The position numbers and the translations under genes are program-made. The notes beneath the pieces are model-generated. The model was not told the origin of the DNA, ran no database searches, and saw only the letters and a list, made by a program, of their open reading frames with translations. From Oscillospiraceae bacterium (GTDB lineage Bacteria > Bacillota > Clostridia > Oscillospirales > Oscillospiraceae), in the NCBI GenBank assembly GCA_021769865.1, contig JAETSB010000005.1, positions 4,219-68,218 of the forward strand: a stretch of 64,000 nucleotides of DNA. The letters run 5' to 3'. Within the stretch, counting starts at the first letter, position 1; every line of letters begins with the position of its first letter. Below are positions 58,292 to 64,000 of this stretch, one piece after another.

Positions 58292-58705
58292 ATGTGGCTT
58301 TCAAGACAAATCAAGCCCGCGGCGGCGACGGCGGACGCGGATCTGGGCATTACCACCATCAGCGGGCAGAAGGTGGGCGTGGTGACCCGGGGGGAGGTCC
58401 GGGACCTGCCGGTCTACGGCCCCGGAGGCTACCTCTGGACCCCCGCCAACGGGACGGCGGTGCTGGTGGTGAAGGGCGGGCCCGGCGGCGAGGAACAGTG
58501 CGTGGCCGGGGCCCGGCCCTTGGAGGAGGTCCCGAAGATCGAGCCGGGGGAGGTTTATCTCTACGGGCCCGGTGAGAATACGGTGTATCTGAAACAGGAC
58601 GGCAGCGTGGAAATTAAGGGGAGCCGGGTGTCCGTGACCGGGGAGCTGAGCGTCACGGGACAGCTCACCGTCAACGGGCAGCCCTACGCGCTCTGCAATT
58701 GCTGA
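58292..58705 (+). CDS. Baseplate spike protein (Mu gp45-like)
   Basis: PGGYLWTP, EPGEVYLY..VYLKQDGSVEI beta-repeats. Confidence 0.65.
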   Translation: MWLSRQIKPAAATADADLGITTISGQKVGVVTRGEVRDLPVYGPGGYLWTPANGTAVLVVKGGPGGEEQCVAGARPLEEVPKIEPGEVYLYGPGENTVYLKQDGSVEIKGSRVSVTGELSVTGQLTVNGQPYALCNC

Positions 58706-58718
58706 GGGAGGCGGAGGA

Positions 58719-59069
58719 ATGGAGCTGGAGATGAGGAACGGGGACTACCTGGCCGACGGCGTGGGGGGCCTGCGGCGGGTGGGGGGCCGGGAGGCCCTCC
58801 TCCAAAGGGTGCTCTTCCGGCTGACGGCCCGGCGGGGAAGCTTCCCCTTCTGGGAGACGCTGGGGAGCCGCCTCTGGGAGCTGGGCCGGGTCCCCGCCCG
58901 GGAGCGGCGGAGCGCCGCCCGGCAGTATGTGACGGAGGCCCTGGCAGAGGAGCCGGTGACGGTGGAGGACGTGGCCCTGAGCCAGGGCCGGGACGGCGGA
59001 GCGGCGGTGACGGCGAGGCTGCGCTATGAGGGAGAGGACCTGCCGGTGACGGTGCAGGTCCTCCCTTGA
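58719..59069 (+). CDS. Baseplate wedge / sheath initiator (gp25-like)
   Basis: LQRVLFRLTARRGSF..LGSRL..YVTEAL. Confidence 0.7.
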   Translation: MELEMRNGDYLADGVGGLRRVGGREALLQRVLFRLTARRGSFPFWETLGSRLWELGRVPARERRSAARQYVTEALAEEPVTVEDVALSQGRDGGAAVTARLRYEGEDLPVTVQVLP

Positions 59070-59088
59070 ACGGGAGAGGAACGGGAAT

Positions 59089-60159
59089 ATGCGGAGTATT
59101 GAGACGATTTATGAGAAGCTGCTGGCGGATTTCGCGGAGCGGGCGGGCTTCACGCCGGAGGCGGGCTGCGACCTGGCGGTGCGGCTGTGGGCGGCGGCGG
59201 CAGAGCTCCAGGCCTTGGAGATCCAGGCGGACTGGGTGCTGGACCAGAGCTTCCCCCAGACGGCCCAGGGAGTCTATCTGGACCGCCACGGGGCTATGCG
59301 GGGGTTGAAGCGGCTGGGGGCCACCCGGTCGGGGGGCGCCCTGCGCTTCTCCGTGGAAGCGGCCCCGGCCATGGAGCTCTCCATTCCGGCGGGGACGGTA
59401 TGCATGACGGCGGAGGAGGTCCGGGTGCGGACCACGGAGGACGCGGTGATCCCGGTGGAGGCGCTGTATGTGGACGTCCCCGCCGAGGCGGTGGAGGCCG
59501 GGCCGGGGGGCAACGTGGTGCCGGGGGCGGTGCGGTTCCTGACGGCCTGCCCCACGGCGGTGACGGCGGTGACGAATCCGAAGGCTTTCACCGGCGGGGC
59601 CGGGGAGGAGGACGACGAGACCTTCCGCACCCGCATTCTGGAGAGCTACCGCCGCCTGCCCAACGGGGCCAACACCGCCTGGTACGAGACCACGGCCATG
59701 AGCTACCCCGGTGTGACGGCGGCCAAGGCCGTTGGCCGGGCGGAGGGGCCGGGGACGGTGAACGTCTACGTCACCGGGGAGAACGGCCTCCCGGACGAGG
59801 CGCTGCTGGCGGGGCTCCAGGCGGAGCTCCAGGAAAAGCGGGAGATCGCCGTGACGGTGAAGGCTCTGGCTCCCACGGCCAAGACGGTGAACGTCGCCGT
59901 GGCGGTGGCCCCCAGGGAGGGGGCGGACAAGGAGGCGGTGCTGGAGTCCGCCCGGCAGGCCATGGCCGATTTCTTCGGCGGGCGCCTGCTGGGCCGGGCC
60001 GTGCTGCTGGCAGAGCTGGGAAACCGGCTCTACGAGCTGGAGGGCGTGGAAAATTACCGCTTCACCGCCCCGGCGGCGGACATCCCGGCGGACAGCACGG
60101 CCCTGCCGGTGCTGGGGACGCTGGAGGTGACGGAATACCTGGGGCCGGAGGAGGCGTAA
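59089..60159 (+). CDS. Baseplate J/gp47 family protein
   Basis: TAQGVYLDRHG, GPGGN, GGAGEEDDETFRTR, GPGTVNVY. Confidence 0.9.
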   Translation: MRSIETIYEKLLADFAERAGFTPEAGCDLAVRLWAAAAELQALEIQADWVLDQSFPQTAQGVYLDRHGAMRGLKRLGATRSGGALRFSVEAAPAMELSIPAGTVCMTAEEVRVRTTEDAVIPVEALYVDVPAEAVEAGPGGNVVPGAVRFLTACPTAVTAVTNPKAFTGGAGEEDDETFRTRILESYRRLPNGANTAWYETTAMSYPGVTAAKAVGRAEGPGTVNVYVTGENGLPDEALLAGLQAELQEKREIAVTVKALAPTAKTVNVAVAVAPREGADKEAVLESARQAMADFFGGRLLGRAVLLAELGNRLYELEGVENYRFTAPAADIPADSTALPVLGTLEVTEYLGPEEA

Positions 60160-60160
60160 C

Positions 60161-60739
60161 ATGTACGAGGAGTATCTGCGGAGGCTGCTGGCCCCCCTGG
60201 GGGTCTACCGGCTGGACCGGGACTCCCTCAGCGGGGCGGAGATTTATGCCCTGGGCAGGGGGCTGGACGCCGTGTCGGACCGGCTGGACGAGGTGGAGCA
60301 AGAGAGCGTCACCGCCACGGCGGAGGGCGAGGGACTCCGCCGCCGGGAGGCGCTGTTTCTCCGGCGGCCCGCCGCCGTCACGCCGGAGGAGCGCCGGGCG
60401 GCCATCGCGGCCCTGCTGCAAATCGACGGGGACAGCCTGACGCCGGAGGCGATTGGCCGGACGATTCGGGGCTGCGGCATCCGGGCCCAGGCCATCGAGC
60501 TGGGAACCAACCGGGTCCGGGTGGTGTTTCCCGGGACCGTGGGGGTCCCGGCGGAGTTTGAGCAGATTGAGAAAATTGTGATGGATATTCTGCCCTGCCA
60601 CCTGGGGGTGGAGTTTTATTTCCGGTTTCTCACCTGGGAGGAGTGCCATCGGGCGGGGTATACCTGGGGGTTTGTGGAGGAGCAGGAATATGACTGGGAG
60701 GGGTTCCAGAAGGCGATTCCTCCTGAGGAGGGGGATTGA
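60161..60739 (+). CDS. YmfQ/XkdU-like baseplate wedge protein
   Basis: TATAEGEGLRRRE, ILPCHLGVEF; follows the baseplate J gene. Confidence 0.7.
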   Translation: MYEEYLRRLLAPLGVYRLDRDSLSGAEIYALGRGLDAVSDRLDEVEQESVTATAEGEGLRRREALFLRRPAAVTPEERRAAIAALLQIDGDSLTPEAIGRTIRGCGIRAQAIELGTNRVRVVFPGTVGVPAEFEQIEKIVMDILPCHLGVEFYFRFLTWEECHRAGYTWGFVEEQEYDWEGFQKAIPPEEGD

Positions 60740-60794
60740 ACTTGCCCTGACGGGCAGGGGGATTACAGCTAGGATGCCAGCTGGTGCATTGCAC

Positions 60795-61030
60795 CCCCCA
60801 TTTTCTCTTTTTCTTCCAGAAGAAAAAGAGAAAACGGGCCGTGCACGGTCCAAAAGAGAAAAAGAAGGAACGCCCTGCGGGGGACGAAAGACGGAGGGAC
60901 GCGCAAGGCGTGCCTCCGCCTTTTTCGCAAGTCTTCGGACCGCGGCGTGGTGTGGGCGGGGGTTTTGGTGCTGGCCGAATGGACTTGCTCCTCTTTCCGC
61001 TGCCGCTGACTTGGCGGTTGGGGACGCTCC
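60795..61030. repeat. Palindrome-rich intergenic element
   Basis: ttttctctttttctt-ccag-aagaaaaagagaaaa hairpin, ccgtgcacgg, cggagg..cgc-aag-gcg..cctccg. Confidence 0.45.
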
Positions 61031-61059
61031 TGCTGGGGCATCATAACTTGGCGAGAATC

Positions 61060-61098
61060 AAAAAAGAGCGTCCGGCCTGCTGGCTGGACGCTCTTTTT
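61060..61098. terminator. Bidirectional terminator between the phage-like operon and the tRNA operon
   Basis: aaaaagagcgtccggcc-tgct-ggctggacgctcttttt. Confidence 0.85.
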
Positions 61099-61350
61099 AT
61101 AAATCATAGTTTTCCGTCCCCTCTCGGCCGAAAACCCAGCGAAGCGGATTTCGGCCGAAAGCGAAGAAATTCCCCGTCCGGCGGAAGGGACGACGCGCAC
61201 TCCCAAACATCGCGAGGAAAAGGGTGTATGCGGGAAAAACCACGGCGGGTTTTTCCTGCATGTTCAATAAAAACCCCGCCAACGGCGGGGCGGTTCGCGG
61301 AGCGAACCGTTGCGCACCAAAAAGAAACACGCCTACGGCGTGCTTCTTTT

Positions 61351-61438
61351 TGGTGCGCGAGGCGGGACTTGAACCCGCACGTCCGTAAAGGACACTAGAA
61401 CCTGAATCTAGCGAGTCTGCCAATTCCACCACTCGCGC
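61351..61438 (-). tRNA. tRNA-Leu(CAG)
   Basis: GCGCGAG acceptor stem, anticodon arm CTAGA-TTCAGGT-TCTAG, long variable arm, GTTCAAGTC, encoded CCA. Confidence 0.96.
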
Positions 61439-61516
61439 GCATCCATATGAACTTGCCGGCCCTCCGGACGGAGACGGAATGGGGTCCCGCCCCGGATGAG
61501 ACGGGACCCTTCCTTC

Positions 61517-61604
61517 TGGTGCGCGAGGCGGGACTTGAACCCGCACGTCCGTAAAGGACACTAGAACCTGAATCTAGCGAGTCTGCCAATTCCACCACTC
61601 GCGC
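61517..61604 (-). tRNA. tRNA-Leu(CAG), identical copy
   Basis: Same 88-nt sequence as 61351-61438. Confidence 0.96.
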
Positions 61605-61634
61605 ATGGCGCCGACGGTCTCTTGAGGGGACCTG

Positions 61635-61720
61635 TGGTGCGGCTGACGGGACTTGAACCCACACGTCGAATCGACACCAGCACCTCAAGCTGGCCTGTCT
61701 ACCAGTTCCAGCACAGCCGC
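61635..61720 (-). tRNA. tRNA-Leu(GAG)
   Basis: Anticodon arm CCAGC-TTGAGGT-GCTGG, variable arm, encoded CCA. Confidence 0.95.
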
Positions 61721-61755
61721 GTAAACTTGCGTCCCCCGGAAAAGACTGCTTGATT

Positions 61756-61784
61756 ATTATAGCCAGAACCGCTTCGCTTGTCAA
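61756..61784 (-). promoter_or_regulatory. Sigma-A promoter of the tRNA-Leu operon
   Basis: TTGACA-17 bp-TATAAT. Confidence 0.88.
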
Positions 61785-61873
61785 CACCCATTTTCCGTTT
61801 TTCCCGATTTTTTTCCTGGGGAAACCGCCCCGGCCCCTCCGCCAAACGGCGGAGGGGCCGCGTCTTTCAGCGC

Positions 61874-62590
61874 CTACAGCTGGGCCATTACCTCACCGAT
61901 GGGCTCCGTAATGACCAGCCCTGCGGAGAGGTCTCGGGCCACGGCGGACTTGTTGATGAGAACCAGCCGCTCTCCCTGGAAGTAGTTGATGAGCCCTGCG
62001 GCGGGCCAGACGTTCAGGGAGGTGCCGCCGATGATCAGCAGGTCCGCCCGGGCGATGGAGTTTACCGCGTCGTTCATGACCGCCTGGTCCAGGCCCTCCT
62101 CGTAGAGCACCACGTCCGGCTTGATGATCCCGCCGCATTCGCAGCGGGGCACGCCGCTGCCCTTCAGGATGTAGTCCAGGCCGTAGAATTTCCCGCACCG
62201 CTCGCAGTAGTTCCGGTGGACGCTGCCGTGGAGCTCGCAGACGTGCTTGCTGCCGGCGGCCTGGTGGAGGCCGTCGATGTTCTGGGTGACCACGGCGGTA
62301 AGCTTCCCCGCCGACTCCCACTCCGCCAGCTTCCGGTGGGCGGCGTTGGGCTGGGCCTCGGGGGCCAGCAGCTTGGCCCGGTAGAAGCGGAAAAACTCCT
62401 CGGGGTTGCTTTTATAGAAGGTATGGCTTAAAATGGTCTCCGGCGGATACTTCCACTCCTGATGGTAGAGCCCGCCGGTGGAGCGGAAATCCGGGATGCC
62501 GGACTCCGTGCTGACCCCGGCGCCGCCGAAAAAGGCGATGGCCCTGGCTTCCGCCACCCAGGTCTTTAAGGTCTCGACTGCTTCCGTCAT
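61874..62590 (-). CDS. cobB: NAD-dependent protein deacylase (sirtuin)
   Basis: GAGVSTESGIPDFR, TQNIDGLHQ, ELHGS, CxxC..CxC, IGGTSL. Confidence 0.93.
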   Translation of the reverse strand: MTEAVETLKTWVAEARAIAFFGGAGVSTESGIPDFRSTGGLYHQEWKYPPETILSHTFYKSNPEEFFRFYRAKLLAPEAQPNAAHRKLAEWESAGKLTAVVTQNIDGLHQAAGSKHVCELHGSVHRNYCERCGKFYGLDYILKGSGVPRCECGGIIKPDVVLYEEGLDQAVMNDAVNSIARADLLIIGGTSLNVWPAAGLINYFQGERLVLINKSAVARDLSAGLVITEPIGEVMAQL

Positions 62591-62641
62591 AATGATCCCT
62601 CCCTGCGGATTATAATAGAATCGTTTTAAGGAGAACGTCTC

Positions 62642-62977
62642 ATGAACATTCAGATCTTCGGCTCCTCCAAGTGCTTCGACACCAAGAAGGCTCAGCGCTG
62701 GTTCAAGGAGCGCCGGATCAAATTCCAGTACGTCGATCTCCCCTCAAAGGGATTATCCCCCCGGGAGTACCAATCCGTCAAGCAGAAAGTTGGCTTCGAG
62801 GCCCTGGTGAATACAAAATGCCGGGCCTATGAGGACCTGTACATGGCCTACATCGCCCCCGCCGCCCGGGAGGAGAAGCTGCTGGAGAACCCGGTTCTGT
62901 TCCAGACTCCCATCGTCCGCAACGGCAGGGAGGCCACCGTGGGCTACCATCCGGAGGTCTGGGAGACCTGGGAATAA
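62642..62977 (+). CDS. ArsC/Spx family protein
   Basis: KCFDTKKAQRWFKER..TPIVRNG. Confidence 0.85.
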   Translation: MNIQIFGSSKCFDTKKAQRWFKERRIKFQYVDLPSKGLSPREYQSVKQKVGFEALVNTKCRAYEDLYMAYIAPAAREEKLLENPVLFQTPIVRNGREATVGYHPEVWETWE

Positions 62978-63007
62978 CGCGTCCATGTTCATTCGGAAGG
63001 GCCGGTG

Positions 63008-63841
63008 ATGTCCTTGAAGCGCAAGCTGCCCCGGGGAATCTATCTTCTTATCCAGCGCTACTTCCGCCACGGCGTGGGGGTCCAGAGCGCCGCCCTGGCC
63101 TTTTACCTGCTGTTTATGATCTTCCCCTTCCTCATCTTCATCAGCGCCCTGCTGGGCCTGCTGGACCTGAACGTCACAGCCATCCTCCTGACCCTGGGGG
63201 AGTTCCTGCCCCGGGACGTGGTGGACATCATCCGGGCTTACCTGGTCCATGTGGGCCAGAGCCCCAGCCCCCAGCTGATGGTCTTCGGCCTGTTCTTTTC
63301 CATCTGGTTCCCCATGCGGGCCACCAACGCCCTGATGGTCTCCGTCCGGACGGCCTACCACCTGGGCCCGCCCAAACGGGCGGTGGTCCACCGGCTGAAA
63401 ACGCTGATTTACACCGTAGTGCTGATTCTGGCCATCGCCCTGACGCTGACCCTCATGACTGTGGGGGACCGGCTGCTGGGCTACGCCGTGGGGAACTTCC
63501 ACCTGCCGCTGTTTCTGGCGGAGCTGTGGGCCCGGATGCGCTTCCCGGCGGCGGCGGTGGTGGGCTACTTCGCCCTGTTCTTCCTCTACGCCCTGGCTCA
63601 GGACGCCCGGCGGCCCTGGGGGGACCTCTGGCCCGGGACCCTGGCGGCCCTGGCGGCTTGGATGGGCTTAAGCTGGCTGTACGCCATGTATGTGGATAAT
63701 TTCGCCAACTACTCCCTGCTCTACGGATCCATCGGAACGGTGGTGGTGCTGATGATCTGGCTCTACATGTCCGCCAACGTGCTGATTCTGGGAGCGGAGC
63801 TCAACGGGACCCTGGTGGCGATGCGGAAGGAGGCGCCTTGA
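63008..63841 (+). CDS. YihY/BrkB family membrane protein
   Basis: SAALAFYLLFMIFP, YSLLYGSIG..WLY..GAELN. Confidence 0.9.
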   Translation: MSLKRKLPRGIYLLIQRYFRHGVGVQSAALAFYLLFMIFPFLIFISALLGLLDLNVTAILLTLGEFLPRDVVDIIRAYLVHVGQSPSPQLMVFGLFFSIWFPMRATNALMVSVRTAYHLGPPKRAVVHRLKTLIYTVVLILAIALTLTLMTVGDRLLGYAVGNFHLPLFLAELWARMRFPAAAVVGYFALFFLYALAQDARRPWGDLWPGTLAALAAWMGLSWLYAMYVDNFANYSLLYGSIGTVVVLMIWLYMSANVLILGAELNGTLVAMRKEAP

Positions 63842-63866
63842 CAGCGCCTCCGGGAACTGCTATAAT
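63838..63866 (+). promoter_or_regulatory. Consensus sigma-A promoter overlapping the yihY stop codon
   Basis: TTGACA(63838)-17 bp-TATAAT(63861). Confidence 0.85.
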
Positions 63867-63871
63867 ACAGA

Positions 63872-63978
63872 TAAAGGGAACGCCGCGCAAGGCGGCTGGC
63901 CCTAGTAACTCAATTCGTTGGACGGATCAAAAACCGCCAAGAAACCGTCACTTGCCAGAGTGGCGGTTTCTGCTTTTT
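63872..63978 (+). ncRNA. Putative antitoxin sRNA
   Basis: Consensus promoter, gccgc-gcaag-gcggc hairpin, terminator gaaaccgtcac..gtggcggtttc followed by a U tract. Confidence 0.55.
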
Positions 63979-64000
63979 ACGACAATCGTCACGGTAAACC
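63948..64000 (-). CDS. 3' end of a short peptide ORF (..FTVTIVVKSRNRHSGK*), putative type I toxin, truncated by the window
   Basis: Hydrophobic-then-basic peptide ending at TGA 63950-63948, antisense to the sRNA. Confidence 0.45.
   Translation of the reverse strand, partial: FTVTIVVKSRNRHSGK

Larger units (their letters stand above)
47980..60739 (+). mobile_element. Phage-derived head + contractile tail operon with no integration, replication or lysis modules (GTA/PBSX-like candidate)
   Basis: 18 co-oriented, tightly packed ORFs in canonical myophage order, flanked directly by addB and tRNA-Leu genes. Confidence 0.85.

Noticed and set aside
54021-60739. R-type tailocin, eCIS or T6SS
   Set aside because: Terminase, portal, protease and capsid genes are in the same operon, and no AAA ATPase, effector or membrane complex genes are seen.
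47840-61438. Ordinary prophage integrated at tRNA-Leu
   Set aside because: No copy of the tRNA 3' end is visible at the left border, and there is no integrase or early/replication module. It cannot be fully excluded as an ancient origin.
61351-61604. 88-bp direct repeat as a CRISPR array or att site
   Set aside because: Both copies are complete tRNA-Leu(CAG) genes. No CRISPR array or cas gene was seen in the window.
880-61720. Link between the leuS CUG T-box and the tRNA-Leu(CAG) genes in the same window
   Set aside because: The pair is cognate, but the loci are 60 kb apart and proximity has no mechanistic meaning.
61874-62590. Sir2 protein as an anti-phage defence effector
   Set aside because: It is a canonical stand-alone CobB deacylase with a Zn-binding insert and no defence partner genes.

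Overview
High-GC Firmicute chromosomal segment; gene content and style suggest an Oscillospiraceae-like clostridial gut bacterium (inference). Positions 1-47.8 kb are mostly housekeeping and metabolic genes: leuS behind a Leu T-box, putP, dapF, pfkA, an FHA-RodA/PBP pair, ilvE with a 2-oxoacid:ferredoxin oxidoreductase operon, cstA, noc/parB, vanW, degV, prmA and addAB. The main feature is a compact, apparently intact 12.8-kb operon of 18 phage morphogenesis genes (47980-60739): terminase, portal, protease, capsid, neck, contractile sheath and tube, and baseplate. It is transcribed divergently from addAB and ends just before three tRNA-Leu genes. No integrase, att repeat, repressor, replication, lysis or tail-fibre gene is visible in or beside it, so it is a candidate domesticated gene-transfer-agent/PBSX-like particle. 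Non-ORF signals include two type I toxin-antitoxin-like loci missed by the ORF track, a yybP-ykoY (Mn2+) riboswitch, a ~135-bp structured repeat in two copies, and a sigma-28-type promoter in front of two unknown genes. All calls come from reading the sequence by eye; no searches were run.
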